NCBI GenBank assembly: GCA_944391415.1
Contig: CALXTM010000006.1
Coordinates: 9,488 to 73,487, forward strand
DNA length: 64,000 bases
Direction: 5' to 3'
From: an uncultured Alphaproteobacteria bacterium
GTDB taxonomy: Bacteria; Pseudomonadota; Alphaproteobacteria; RF32; CAG-239
The position numbers and the translations under genes were made by a program. Below are positions 53,761-63,986 of the stretch, piece after piece (positions within the stretch are counted from its first letter, which is position 1; every line of letters begins with the position of its first letter). The notes under the pieces are model-generated. The model saw only the letters and a program-made list of their open reading frames with translations, did not search any database and was not told the origin of the DNA.

Positions 53761-55026
53761 ATGACGGAGATGAGCTTGAAAATCAGAAAAATATTTAGTT
53801 GTATGATGGTGGCAATGATTACTGGCGCTGTTTCGGCCGAGGCCGGAGTGGCTGATTTTGCCGATTTTTTTGTGATAGATTTGGAAAATGATGATTTGCC
53901 ATCGTTGACGGAATTAGAGGCTTTGACCGCGGAAAAAGATAACTATAACAAAAATTATGGCAGTTTTTATGATTTGCAAGGTGATTTTGACCGAGATTTT
54001 TATGTGATGACTGCCGAATACGGCAGCAGAGAAAAACGAATAAAGGGCGAAAGCGAGGATTTGTATTTGGAATTTTTGGCGATGACGCCAAAAAAATATT
54101 ATCAGTATTTGGGGCCGATGCTGTTTGAAGTGCCTAATATGTCGGAAAAAATTTTGAATCTGCCAGGTATTAAAGAGACAAAAAACAAATTTCCGACCAG
54201 AATTGCACCGCAATTAAAAGATGTGGAAAATTTGGAATTTATGTCACCGGCACTTTATTTTTTGTTGATGCCGGAGGCGTGGCCCGGATTCTACCAAAAT
54301 ATCGAACAACCGCAAAGAATTCCTTATAAACCAAAAGTGGTTTATGACAAAGATTTTTACGCCGCAATTAAAAAATTGGTTAAACCGGAAAAATTTATGC
54401 CGGGATATCAAGAAGAAAATAAACTTGGTAAAAGCGATTTGAGAACTTTGCACCCGGATAAAAACAGTGTGTTGACGGCTGCTGATATAGAGGCATTCGT
54501 AACAACGATTGATGCCGTTGATAGTTGGGCTAAAAAACCGCAAAACGAATTTTGGTTGTCGCGGGTCGGAATTATGTTGATGACATATGAACATCAACAA
54601 GGAATTGGCAAATATGTGCCGGCAGGGTTAAAGGACCTGGTTAATCCTTGTGCCAGATTGGTCCAAAAAGCACGAATCCTGAATAAGGAACTTGAGCTTG
54701 CAAGCATTGTGGCAAAAGAGGGATTTACTCTCAATGAATGGGCCTATACCTGCGACAAAACAATTAAAGCCTATCGTTTGGCCAATGTCAGGGCTGAGGT
54801 CGTTACAGCCATAAGGGAATATAAACGCGGAATCTATGACGGAAAAATCACAGGTATGAGCCCTTATACGCAAAATGCACGGTTTGCAATCATGCAGTCG
54901 ATAATACAGGCTCACAATGCGCCGCTTAGAGATGTGTTGGAGTTTAAAAAGAATCGGCAAGATTTTGAACAAAAACTTAAAAAACGGGGATATCATTTAT
55001 TTGGATATCCGATAAATCGATATTGA
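53761..55026 (+). CDS. Hypothetical secreted protein
   Basis: 421-aa ORF with a signal-peptide-like N-terminus (CMMVAMITGAVSAEA). No motif recognised. Confidence 0.5.
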   Translation: MTEMSLKIRKIFSCMMVAMITGAVSAEAGVADFADFFVIDLENDDLPSLTELEALTAEKDNYNKNYGSFYDLQGDFDRDFYVMTAEYGSREKRIKGESEDLYLEFLAMTPKKYYQYLGPMLFEVPNMSEKILNLPGIKETKNKFPTRIAPQLKDVENLEFMSPALYFLLMPEAWPGFYQNIEQPQRIPYKPKVVYDKDFYAAIKKLVKPEKFMPGYQEENKLGKSDLRTLHPDKNSVLTAADIEAFVTTIDAVDSWAKKPQNEFWLSRVGIMLMTYEHQQGIGKYVPAGLKDLVNPCARLVQKARILNKELELASIVAKEGFTLNEWAYTCDKTIKAYRLANVRAEVVTAIREYKRGIYDGKITGMSPYTQNARFAIMQSIIQAHNAPLRDVLEFKKNRQDFEQKLKKRGYHLFGYPINRY

Positions 55027-55142
55027 TGTGTCTAGTGTGTTGTTTTGCAACAAAAAAAACATTTTTTTGTTGCATTTAAAAAAATAAGTGTTTATACCAA
55101 TGGCGAATCGACAAATTAATGTTTTTATAAGGAAATAAAAAA

Positions 55143-55622
55143 ATGGCTCGTGTTACGGTTGAAGATTGTATTGATAAAATTCCTAATCGTTATGAATTGC
55201 TGATGATTGCAGCTCAACGCGCAAAGGATATTGAGGCTGGTGCCCCGTTGACGGTAGATCGTGATAATGATAAAAACTCGGTAGTGGCATTGCGCGAAAT
55301 TGCCGCAGAGACTGTAAGCATTGAAGAATTGCAACGCTCGTTGGTTATGGGCTTGCAGAAATATGTCGAAGTTGAGGAGCCTGAGGAAGAAGAGCTTGAA
55401 ATTATGGCTGCCGAAAGAGAATTGTCGGATTTGGATGAGCAATTTTCTGGTTTGTTACCGCAGTCTGAAATGGAAGACACAATGCAAATTCATGGCGGAG
55501 ATGATGATGCGGCTGATTTGGACCAAGAAGGAGACGATGCTTTGGACGGTGGCGACGACGCTTTGGACGATGATGTTGCAGGTGATGAAAATTTTGACGT
55601 TGATGATGATTTTGAAGAGTAG
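55143..55622 (+). CDS. rpoZ: DNA-directed RNA polymerase subunit omega with long poly-acidic tail
   Basis: [30 protein letters not shown] is the canonical RpoZ N-terminus. The C-terminal 50 aa or so are Asp/Glu-rich. Confidence 0.85.
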   Translation: MARVTVEDCIDKIPNRYELLMIAAQRAKDIEAGAPLTVDRDNDKNSVVALREIAAETVSIEELQRSLVMGLQKYVEVEEPEEEELEIMAAERELSDLDEQFSGLLPQSEMEDTMQIHGGDDDAADLDQEGDDALDGGDDALDDDVAGDENFDVDDDFEE

Positions 55623-55742
55623 TCTCAAGTTATTATAAAGATTTTTGTTGCATAAAAAATTTCGACTATTTAGACTTATTTAAATAATATGGAATATAAG
55701 TTAAATAGCCGAAATTTTTTTTATGTGTAATGAAGTCAGAAG

Positions 55743-57887
55743 ATGTTAAGACAGTATGAACTTGTTGATTTAGTCAAATCGTATGATCCGGACGCAGATG
55801 AAGATGCGCTGAACCGTGCATATGTGTATGCAATGAAAAAACACGGAGCGCAGCTTAGGACATCGGGGGATCCTTATTATTCACATCCGGTTGAAGTGGC
55901 CGGTATACTGACAAAGTTTAAGCTCGATTCGGTATCGATTATTGCCGGATTGTTGCATGATACGGTGGAGGATACCGATGCAACAATCGAAGAAATACGA
56001 GATCTATTCGGTCCGCAAGTGGCGCAAATTGTCGACGGACTGACAAAGTTGGCTATGATAGAACTGAAATCAAAAGATACCAAACAGGCGGAAAATTTTC
56101 GTAAGCTGTTGTTGGCAATGTCTGAAGATATCAGGGTGTTATTGATTAAACTGGCCGACAGATTGCACAATATGCGTACTTTACATTTTTGCCCACCGGA
56201 AAAACGCGCCAGAATCGCCAGAGAAACGCTTGATATATATGCTCCGTTGGCAGAAAGAATCGGTATGCAGGAAATTAAAACCGAATTGGAAGAAATAGCC
56301 TTTAAGGAGTTGCATAAAGAGGCTTATGAATCCATTACCGCCAGACTTAATTTTTTGCGTGAGCAAGGCAGCAATTTGGTGCCGGCAATTATTAAACAAC
56401 TTGAAAAGGATATGGCCGAAGGCGGGGTTAAAGCAACGGTTTCGGGACGAGAAAAGTCTCCTTATTCTATTTGGCGTAAGATGCAGAAGAAAAATGCCTC
56501 GTTTGAACAATTGTCAGATATCATGGCATTTAGGATCATTGTGGATGATGTGGCATCTTGCTACCAGGCGCTTGGAATTGTCCACAGCAAGTATCATATG
56601 GTGCCAAGGCGTTTTAAGGATTATATTTCTACCCCAAAACCAAACGGCTATAAGTCGATTCATACAGGGGTGATTGGCCCGGAAAATACGCGTATTGAAA
56701 TTCAGATTAGAACCCAGGAGATGCACGAGGTTAATGAAAAAGGCGTGGCGGCACACTGGGCATATAAACAAGGCGAAAAAGTGGTGGGCAAAAATTTCAG
56801 GTGGATTCAAGAGCTGTTGGAAATTTTGGAAGAAGCCTCAAATCCCGAAGAATTTTTGGAAAACACCAAATTAGAGATGTATAATGATCAGGTGTTTTGT
56901 TTTACACCAAAGGGCGATTTGATCGGGTTGCCGGTTAATTCTACGCCGGTCGATTTTGCATATGCAGTGCATTCAAAAGTTGGCAATACTTGTGTCGGAG
57001 CAAAAATCAACGGCGAAATTAAACCTCTGCGCACGGTGTTGCAAAACGGCGATCAGGTAGAAATTCTGACATCAAAAGCTCAGCATCCGTCGCCGGAATG
57101 GGACAGATTTGTTGTAACCGGAAAAGCAAAGGCCGCGATAAGACGTTATGTCAGAGCCAATAAGCGCGAGCAATTTGTGACGCTTGGAGAACAAATGCTC
57201 GAAAGAACTTTTAAGGGGGAAAACCTGGAGTTTAGTGAAAAAGGGCTTATCGGCGTGTTGCCTAATTTTGAGGCCGAATCGGTTGAGGATATTTATGCCA
57301 AAGTCGGTGAGGGTTTGATTACGGCATGGGATGTTATGAGGGCGGTATATCCAAGCTATAAACAGTCTAAACTGGGAAAAGTGGTAAAATCGTTTAAGGC
57401 TCGCGGGTTTGGCAAAAATGATAAGAAAAATAAATCTGAGCCATTGAAAATTAAAGGACTGATTCCCGGAATGGCAGTACATTTTGCCGGATGTTGTCAT
57501 CCGCTGCCAGGGGATAGAATCGTAGGAATCGTTACGACCGGTAAGGGCGTGGCAGTGCATTCGATTGATTGTAAAGCCCTTGAAAAATATGCCTCGGAGC
57601 CGGAGAGATGGTTGGATATTTCTTGGGGCGAGGGTGCCACAGAGGAAACGCATATCGGAAGGCTGAAAGTCATTTTGGCCAATGAGCCTGGAGCATTGGG
57701 CGATTTATCAAACCTTATTGCCAGAAGCGATGGTAATATTGCCAATCTTAATATAACAAATCGGACATTGAGCTATTTTGAGTTGCTAATTGATATTGAA
57801 GTGCGTGATTTGAAACATTTGACCGATATCATTGCGGCGTTGCATTCATCAAAAGTGGTATCTTACGTGGCAAGAGCAAATCAGTAA
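55743..57887 (+). CDS. spoT: Bifunctional (p)ppGpp synthetase/hydrolase (RelA/SpoT homolog)
   Basis: HD domain (SHPVEVAGIL...LLHDTVEDT), synthetase domain (KSPYSIWRKM...YKSIHT), TGS and ACT regions. 714 aa. Confidence 0.95.
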   Translation: MLRQYELVDLVKSYDPDADEDALNRAYVYAMKKHGAQLRTSGDPYYSHPVEVAGILTKFKLDSVSIIAGLLHDTVEDTDATIEEIRDLFGPQVAQIVDGLTKLAMIELKSKDTKQAENFRKLLLAMSEDIRVLLIKLADRLHNMRTLHFCPPEKRARIARETLDIYAPLAERIGMQEIKTELEEIAFKELHKEAYESITARLNFLREQGSNLVPAIIKQLEKDMAEGGVKATVSGREKSPYSIWRKMQKKNASFEQLSDIMAFRIIVDDVASCYQALGIVHSKYHMVPRRFKDYISTPKPNGYKSIHTGVIGPENTRIEIQIRTQEMHEVNEKGVAAHWAYKQGEKVVGKNFRWIQELLEILEEASNPEEFLENTKLEMYNDQVFCFTPKGDLIGLPVNSTPVDFAYAVHSKVGNTCVGAKINGEIKPLRTVLQNGDQVEILTSKAQHPSPEWDRFVVTGKAKAAIRRYVRANKREQFVTLGEQMLERTFKGENLEFSEKGLIGVLPNFEAESVEDIYAKVGEGLITAWDVMRAVYPSYKQSKLGKVVKSFKARGFGKNDKKNKSEPLKIKGLIPGMAVHFAGCCHPLPGDRIVGIVTTGKGVAVHSIDCKALEKYASEPERWLDISWGEGATEETHIGRLKVILANEPGALGDLSNLIARSDGNIANLNITNRTLSYFELLIDIEVRDLKHLTDIIAALHSSKVVSYVARANQ

Positions 57888-57992
57888 AAAATATCCTGCC
57901 GTTGGAAAAGGCGAAAAACATCATATGTTAACGGCAGAGGTATTATAGTATGATTAATTGGCTAAAATATAAAAAAATATTGGAAAGGCCGC

Positions 57993-58421
57993 TTGGCAAA
58001 ACTAAAAGGTACGCCACAATCAATAGCGGTTGGAGCGGCTTGTGGAATAGCAATTTCGTTTACGCCGTTTGTCGGGGCGCTGATGTTGGCGATGATTATG
58101 GCCTGGGTGCTGAGAGGAAATATCATGGCAGCTTTGGTGGGGACAACTGTTGGCAACCCTTGGACATTTCCTTTTATATGGGTTTCAATCTTTTATACCG
58201 GGCGCAAAATATTGGGCGGTGATTATACCGAGGCGGCCAATATAGATTTTGCCGAGGTGTTTGCAAAAGCCGTCAAAGCGTTGATTAATTTGGATTTTGA
58301 CTTGTTTTTTAATGACATATGGCCTATTGTATTTCCAATGATGGTGGGGTGTATTCCGTTTTGTATCGTGGTGTGGACTGCAGCTTACTATGTGATAAAA
58401 ATGATGATAAAACCAAAATAA
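57993..58421 (+). CDS. DUF2062-family membrane protein
   Basis: GTPQSIAVGAACGIAISFTPFVG...GNPWTFPFIW matches the DUF2062 pattern. TTG start in the track; N-terminus uncertain. Confidence 0.6.
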   Translation: MAKLKGTPQSIAVGAACGIAISFTPFVGALMLAMIMAWVLRGNIMAALVGTTVGNPWTFPFIWVSIFYTGRKILGGDYTEAANIDFAEVFAKAVKALINLDFDLFFNDIWPIVFPMMVGCIPFCIVVWTAAYYVIKMMIKPK

Positions 58422-58437
58422 AAATGCGGAATTTGCT

Positions 58438-58827
58438 ATGATTATCGGGCTCGGAACAGATATTGTAAGTGTTGAAAGAATTGCCAAGTTATATGATAGA
58501 ACAAAAGAACAAATGCTTGAGCGTATTTGTTGTGAAAGTGAAAAAAAATATGTTGGTAATGGGCAGGGAGCAGAGCTTAGATTGGCAAAACTCTGGGCGG
58601 TTAAAGAGGCGGCAGTTAAGGCTTTGGGAACCGGGTTTTCTGCCGGAGTAAGATTTGAGGATATTGAGCTAAAACATGATGCTTGGGGAAAGCCGGAAAT
58701 AGAATTTCGCGGCAAAGCCAAAGAAATTTTGGCAAGCAAGGCTATGGGGGCTCAAATAAATACGTTGGTAAGCCTTAGTGATGATAAACCATTTGCGCAA
58801 GCGGTTGTTATTATTGAAAAAATATAG
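58438..58827 (+). CDS. acpS: Holo-[acyl-carrier-protein] synthase
   Basis: MIIGLGTDIVSVERI...WAVKEAAVKALGTG. Confidence 0.85.
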   Translation: MIIGLGTDIVSVERIAKLYDRTKEQMLERICCESEKKYVGNGQGAELRLAKLWAVKEAAVKALGTGFSAGVRFEDIELKHDAWGKPEIEFRGKAKEILASKAMGAQINTLVSLSDDKPFAQAVVIIEKI

Positions 58828-58890
58828 TTGTTAATTTATAAAAATGCTGTATGATGGGCAAAGCTTAAAAAAAGACAGTTTCTCGGGATT

Positions 58891-59625
58891 ATGGTTATGG
58901 AAAAAGAGGAAAGTTTTGTAGATACAATAAAGACGATTATTTATGCAATTTTGATTGCGTTGTTAATTCGCAGCCTGTGGTTTGAGCCGTTCAAAATTCC
59001 ATCGGGGTCGATGTATCCCACGCTTTATGTCGGGGATTATTTGTTTGTTTCAAAATATACTTACGGATATTCAAAACATTCGTTTCCGTTTAGTCTGCCG
59101 CTGTTTGACGGAAGAATTTGGGAGGATGAGCCGCAAAGAGGCGATGTGGTGGTATTTAAAACACCGCAAGACAATTCTACCGATTATATTAAACGGGTTA
59201 TCGGATTGCCAGGAGATAGGATAAAACTGGAAAACGGACGTTTGTTTATCAACGGAGAAATGTTGGAACGCAAAAACGAAGAGGAATTTGTTATAAGAAA
59301 TCGGTTCGGCAGTGCGGAAAGATATCGGAAATATGTTGAGGTTTTGCCCGGTGGAAAAGAGCATTTTATATTGGAAGTGTCTGACCAAGAACCTAATGAT
59401 GATTTTGAAGAAATCAGAGTGCCTGAGGGCAACTATTTTATGATGGGAGACAATAGAGACAGATCTGATGACAGCAGAGTTAACGTGGGGTTTGTTCCGG
59501 CTGAAAATTTGGTTGGAAAAGCACGTTTTTTGTTCTTTTCGCATAATGATGAAGATGCTTGGTATAAGCCATGGACATGGCCTAAAAAAATTCGGTGGTC
59601 AAGGTTGTTTAATACTATAGAATAG
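58891..59625 (+). CDS. lepB: Signal peptidase I
   Basis: IPSGSMYPTL catalytic Ser box, YIKRVIGLPGD Lys box, GDNRDRSDDSR box. Confidence 0.9.
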   Translation: MVMEKEESFVDTIKTIIYAILIALLIRSLWFEPFKIPSGSMYPTLYVGDYLFVSKYTYGYSKHSFPFSLPLFDGRIWEDEPQRGDVVVFKTPQDNSTDYIKRVIGLPGDRIKLENGRLFINGEMLERKNEEEFVIRNRFGSAERYRKYVEVLPGGKEHFILEVSDQEPNDDFEEIRVPEGNYFMMGDNRDRSDDSRVNVGFVPAENLVGKARFLFFSHNDEDAWYKPWTWPKKIRWSRLFNTIE

Positions 59626-59646
59626 AGCTGGCAGGGGCTTTGGTTT

Positions 59647-60294
59647 ATGGAAACATTGCAAGAGATATTAAAATATCGGTTTAAGGATAGGAAACTGCTT
59701 GAAAAAGCAATTACCCACGGCAGTATAAATCCTGATGTTGACAATAATTATGAGAGACTTGAGTTTTTGGGCGACAGAGTATTGGGCGTGGCAATAGCTT
59801 CGCTGTTGTATCGGATATTTCCTAATGATCCTGAGGGAAATTTGTCGCAAAGATTTGTCGGATTGGTGTGTAAAGAAACAGTGGCTGAGGTGGCACAAAC
59901 TCTTAAGCTAGATTATTTTATGCGGGTGGCAACCGATGATTTGCGGACAAACGAAAATGTGCTTTGTGATGTTTGCGAGGCAGTCATAGGAGCTATTTAT
60001 ATTGATGCTGGAGTTGACGGAGCAATTGAATTTGTTAATAATCATTGGCGTGAGCTGATTGATAAAAACGTGGCACCGCCAAAAGACAGCAAAACCAAAC
60101 TGCAAGAGTTGTCGCATCATCTTAAACTGGGAACTCCGCAATATAAGCTTGTATCGCGCTCGGGAAGTGAGCATAAGCCATTGTTTGAGATGGAAGTTTT
60201 GCTTGATGATGGGCAGAGTGCTCAAGGCAGCGGAACCAGCAAAAAATTGGCGGAGTTTGCGGCTGCTGAAGCGATGTTGGAGAGGTTAAAATGA
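59647..60294 (+). CDS. rnc: Ribonuclease III
   Basis: ERLEFLGDRVLG signature and a C-terminal dsRBD. Confidence 0.95.
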   Translation: METLQEILKYRFKDRKLLEKAITHGSINPDVDNNYERLEFLGDRVLGVAIASLLYRIFPNDPEGNLSQRFVGLVCKETVAEVAQTLKLDYFMRVATDDLRTNENVLCDVCEAVIGAIYIDAGVDGAIEFVNNHWRELIDKNVAPPKDSKTKLQELSHHLKLGTPQYKLVSRSGSEHKPLFEMEVLLDDGQSAQGSGTSKKLAEFAAAEAMLERLK

Positions 60295-61199
60295 GCGATA
60301 AGCAACAGCCGTTAAGATGCGGCTTTGTGGCTTTGATAGGAGCGCCAAACGCCGGAAAATCTACCATAACCAATGATTTTGTCGGGTCAAAAGTATCAAT
60401 CGTTTCTCCTAAAATTCAAACTACAAGAACGGTGGTGAAAGGAATTGGTATTTTTGAAAATACGCAAATAATTTTTCTTGATACACCGGGGATATTTAAA
60501 CCTAAACGCAGATTGGATCGGGCGATGGTGGCATCGGCCTGGGACGGAAGCAAAGATGCCGATATTGTTGTGGTTGTGGTTGATGCCAAAAAAGGTTTTG
60601 ATGATGAGGCGAAAGCGATAATTAAAAACCTCAAAAACAAAAAAGCCAAAGTCGTTTTGGCAATAAACAAAATTGATTTGGTAAAAAAAGAGACTTTGTT
60701 AAAGTTGAGTGCAGAATTAAACCGCGCTTATCCGTTTGAAGAAACTTTTTTTATTTCGGCTGCCACAAGAAAAAATTTGGATGAATTTTATAAATATCTG
60801 GCCGATAATCTGCCTGAAAGTCCATGGTATTACCCTGAAGAGCAGATGTCTGATATGCCGCTTAAACTGTTGGCAGCAGAGATTGTCAGAGAAAAGTTGT
60901 TTTTGTATTTGCAATATGAACTGCCTTATGCTTTGACAGTGGAGCCGGAGTTGTGGGAGCGACGAGATGATGGTTCGATTAGGGCTGAGATGACAATTTA
61001 TGTCGAACGAGATAGTCAAAAGGTTATTGTGCTGGGCAAAGGTGGGGCAATGATTAAAAAAATCGGCCAAGCCGCACGCAAAGAGATTGAGGATTTGTTT
61101 GAGGCCAGGGTGCATTTGTTTTTGTTTGTGAAAGTTAGAGAAAACTGGCAGGAAGATGCCGGAAGATATGCCGTTTGGGGCTTGGATTTTAAGGCTTAG
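60291..61199 (+). CDS. era: GTPase Era
   Basis: GAPNAGKST, DTPG and NKID GTPase motifs and a KH domain. ATGA overlap with rnc. Confidence 0.95.
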   Translation: MSDKQQPLRCGFVALIGAPNAGKSTITNDFVGSKVSIVSPKIQTTRTVVKGIGIFENTQIIFLDTPGIFKPKRRLDRAMVASAWDGSKDADIVVVVVDAKKGFDDEAKAIIKNLKNKKAKVVLAINKIDLVKKETLLKLSAELNRAYPFEETFFISAATRKNLDEFYKYLADNLPESPWYYPEEQMSDMPLKLLAAEIVREKLFLYLQYELPYALTVEPELWERRDDGSIRAEMTIYVERDSQKVIVLGKGGAMIKKIGQAARKEIEDLFEARVHLFLFVKVRENWQEDAGRYAVWGLDFKA

Positions 61200-61214
61200 A
61201 GGAGTTTAGGAATA

Positions 61215-62114
61215 ATGAAAGTTGTGTTTTTGGGAACGCCGGAATTTGCTGTGCCGACATTGGAGGCGTTGTATAAAAATCATGAGCTGGTTTGTGTTTA
61301 TACCAGAGCTCCTAAAGAGGCCGGAAGAGGCAAAGAACTGCAAAAATCGCCGGTGCATGTTTGGGCCGAGGCACATGGAATTGAAGTCAGAACGCCAAAA
61401 ACACTGCGCAATGGGGAAGAACAGGCCAAATTTGCGGCACTAAAAGCCGATGTTTCGGTGGTGGCGGCCTATGGGCTGATCTTGCCCAAAGAAATTATTG
61501 AGGCATGCCCAAAGGGTTGTTTGAACGTACACGGTTCGCTCTTGCCAAGGTGGCGGGGAGCGGCGCCGATGCAAAGAGCGATTGAGGCCGGTGACAAAGA
61601 AACCGGAATTACCATCATGCAAGTGGTGGAGGCATTGGATGCCGGGGCAATGTATAAAAAAGGCGAAATTGCAATTGATGATGATATGACGGTTGGAGTT
61701 TTGCACGATAAGATGGCCGAACTTGGCGCCAAGTTGATAATTGAAGTGTTGGCTGATTTGGACAATATTAAACTAGAGCCTCAAGATGAATCTCTTGTGA
61801 CCTATGCCAAGAAGATTGACAAAGAAGAAAGCAAACTTGATTTTACAAATCAGGCCGATGTATTGGAGTGCAAAATAAGAGCGTTTAACCCATATCCGGC
61901 GACATATTTTGAGTTTGGCGGGGAGAGGTTTAAGCTCTTGAAATGCAAGGTGGCAGAAAATGTTTGGGGGCTTAAACCGGGTGAAATCAGAGACGACGGC
62001 AAAAGAATGTTTATCGGCTGCGGCAAGGGGTGTTTGGAGGTGCTGGAAATTCAGCGCCAGGGCAAAAAAGCCATGAAAACCGAAGAGTTGTTGCGCGGGT
62101 TTAGATTTAAGTAG
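61215..62114 (+). CDS. fmt: Methionyl-tRNA formyltransferase
   Basis: MKVVFLGTPEFAVPTLEAL... and HGSLLPRWRGAAPMQRAI motifs. Confidence 0.95.
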   Translation: MKVVFLGTPEFAVPTLEALYKNHELVCVYTRAPKEAGRGKELQKSPVHVWAEAHGIEVRTPKTLRNGEEQAKFAALKADVSVVAAYGLILPKEIIEACPKGCLNVHGSLLPRWRGAAPMQRAIEAGDKETGITIMQVVEALDAGAMYKKGEIAIDDDMTVGVLHDKMAELGAKLIIEVLADLDNIKLEPQDESLVTYAKKIDKEESKLDFTNQADVLECKIRAFNPYPATYFEFGGERFKLLKCKVAENVWGLKPGEIRDDGKRMFIGCGKGCLEVLEIQRQGKKAMKTEELLRGFRFK

Positions 62115-62126
62115 GGTTTAAGAAGC

Positions 62127-62166
62127 AAAAAAAACCGTTTATGGATTGAGCCATAAACGGTTTTTT
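62127..62166. terminator. Bidirectional terminator
   Basis: aaaaaaAACCGTTTATGGattgagCCATAAACGGTTtttt. Confidence 0.8.
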
Positions 62167-62171
62167 AATTG

Positions 62172-63110
62172 TCAAGCAAAGAGCTTTTCAATTCTGAGGA
62201 TACGAATATCCGAATCGGAAAGCTCCGATGCCGGTTTGTCGTGAAGGCCCTTGTGTTTGGCCAATCTGCCGGCATAGACGTGCGGCAGAGAACTCATACC
62301 GGTTTGCTTGATAAGATTGGCAGTATCGCAGAAGAGCCTGTAAGCACGCTCGCTGATTACATCGTTTTTGAAAATGTAGTCAATGAGGCTGGCATGCAAA
62401 TAACCGGCAACCTCGATACTGGCCTTGATGTAGGCGAAGCAAACATCTTTGACATTTGCAGGTACATCGAGGCCTGGCTTGTAAGTTGAATAGACAATCT
62501 TTACCTGTTTGGTTAAGATGTCATTTTCATAAGCAAACTCAGGCCTAAGGCAGAGCTTCAACTCCTCAATGCTTGGGGTTATACCAAGCTTGGTGAGCCT
62601 GGTATAATGTTTGATGCTTTGCTTGAGGTAAAGCAGATTTTCGGCAGTGGCTTCATCGGACTGCTCAATCTGCTTGGCAACATCCTCAAGAGCATGGGCA
62701 ATATTGCCTTTGGCAAGTTGCTCTTTGGCTCTTTGGTAGAGGAGTTTTTCGCTGTTGGCCAGGCGCTGAAGCATGACCAGCATTTTACCTATTTGCTTTT
62801 GCTTGGTTTTGTTCTGCTCTTTGGCATATTTTTTGCGCGCGGCGGAAAGAGCCTGAATGACAGATACTTCCGGACGAGCAACGAACTCGAACAACTCCGG
62901 TAAAGTGTTGTGGAGTTTGATGCGTTTCATCTCCGCCAGGCAATTTTGCTGCCATTTTTGATAGATGTTTCTTTCGACCAAATTAAGAAAAACAAAATTT
63001 TTCTTAAGTTGGTCAGACAATTTGCGTTTTTCAAGCTGGGTTATCAGCCAGTAACGCGCAGCCGGAGCAGCATTAGCAAGCAGCTCTTTTTCAGTGTTTG
63101 TTAGTTTCAT
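62172..63110 (-). CDS. Hypothetical protein (orphan, largely helical by composition)
   Basis: 312-aa ORF between two terminators. No motif recognised. Confidence 0.5.
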   Translation of the reverse strand: MKLTNTEKELLANAAPAARYWLITQLEKRKLSDQLKKNFVFLNLVERNIYQKWQQNCLAEMKRIKLHNTLPELFEFVARPEVSVIQALSAARKKYAKEQNKTKQKQIGKMLVMLQRLANSEKLLYQRAKEQLAKGNIAHALEDVAKQIEQSDEATAENLLYLKQSIKHYTRLTKLGITPSIEELKLCLRPEFAYENDILTKQVKIVYSTYKPGLDVPANVKDVCFAYIKASIEVAGYLHASLIDYIFKNDVISERAYRLFCDTANLIKQTGMSSLPHVYAGRLAKHKGLHDKPASELSDSDIRILRIEKLFA

Positions 63111-63193
63111 AATAACATTTTTTTATTAATAATTTTGGTTTATGCCAATGATTGTAGCGCAAAATGAATTAAGAGGCAATAGAAAATTTAGAC

Positions 63194-63230
63194 AAAAAAG
63201 CCCCGAAAGCTAGATTTATAGCTTTCGGGG
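63194..63230 (-). terminator. Rho-independent terminator of the 63243..63986 gene
   Basis: 12-bp stem CCCCGAAAGCTA/TAGCTTTCGGGG with a T-run on the minus strand. Confidence 0.75.
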
Positions 63231-63242
63231 GTAAAGTACATC

Positions 63243-63986
63243 TTATGCTTTGATATATTCTTCAGCTGCATTGAGCAGAATATTAAACGCATTGAGCCGC
63301 CTGGTTTTGCGGGTCACTTCGTGTTCGCGCTCCGCTCCGTCAAGAGATTGTGCCCATTTGAGGCGGGTAATCTCTTTGTCGCGCTGAATTTCTATCATCG
63401 GGATGAGAATGGAAATTAAAGATTTGTCAAAGATAGGGTCAATGACATAATTCTCACCTTGTTTTTTTAGCATTAGTCTAACCGCATCCATAGGAACCAA
63501 ATTGCCGTCTTCCCAAAGCATTATCCAGAAAGGAGCATCCATAAAAAACGGATGTCGTTTTTGCTCTTTTACGGTTATTTCACAAAGGTGATTTAACCTT
63601 TTGTCCGGATAACGCAGGCCTAACACCAAAAGCCTGTTCTTAATGCTTCGAGGCAAGGGTTTGATGAGATATTTTCTTACTTCATCAATATCATTGTCAG
63701 TAAGAATGTAGGGATTTTGACGATTGGCCAAATAGGCGTTGAGCCTACTTTGTATTTGGTTTACAAAACGTTCGGCCGAACATTCCAAAACCGACTTTTT
63801 GTGGGATGTTTGATTTTCGCCGACAGTTTTGCGCATCAATACAGCCTCACCAATCATTTTTTTACTCATCCTAGATATCCATAGGTTTGAAAAGAAATTA
63901 AACTGAGACTGGGATATCTCACCATTTTTTTTCCAATCATGGAGCAGGTCAAGTTTTTCCGGCAACGAAAGTCCTTGCATTTGCAT
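63243..63986 (-). CDS. Hypothetical protein (orphan)
   Basis: 247-aa ORF. No motif recognised. The start could lie further upstream near the window edge. Confidence 0.45.
   Translation of the reverse strand: MQMQGLSLPEKLDLLHDWKKNGEISQSQFNFFSNLWISRMSKKMIGEAVLMRKTVGENQTSHKKSVLECSAERFVNQIQSRLNAYLANRQNPYILTDNDIDEVRKYLIKPLPRSIKNRLLVLGLRYPDKRLNHLCEITVKEQKRHPFFMDAPFWIMLWEDGNLVPMDAVRLMLKKQGENYVIDPIFDKSLISILIPMIEIQRDKEITRLKWAQSLDGAEREHEVTRKTRRLNAFNILLNAAEEYIKA

Noticed and set aside
57950-58012. Possible frameshift at the 5' end of the DUF2062 gene: the ATG-initiated frame MINWLKYKKILERPLGK would join LKGTPQSIAVG by a 1-nt shift in an A-rich run
   Set aside because: It is attractive by eye, but the TTG at 57993 gives an intact protein, and I cannot distinguish sequencing error, programmed slippage or coincidence from one sequence.
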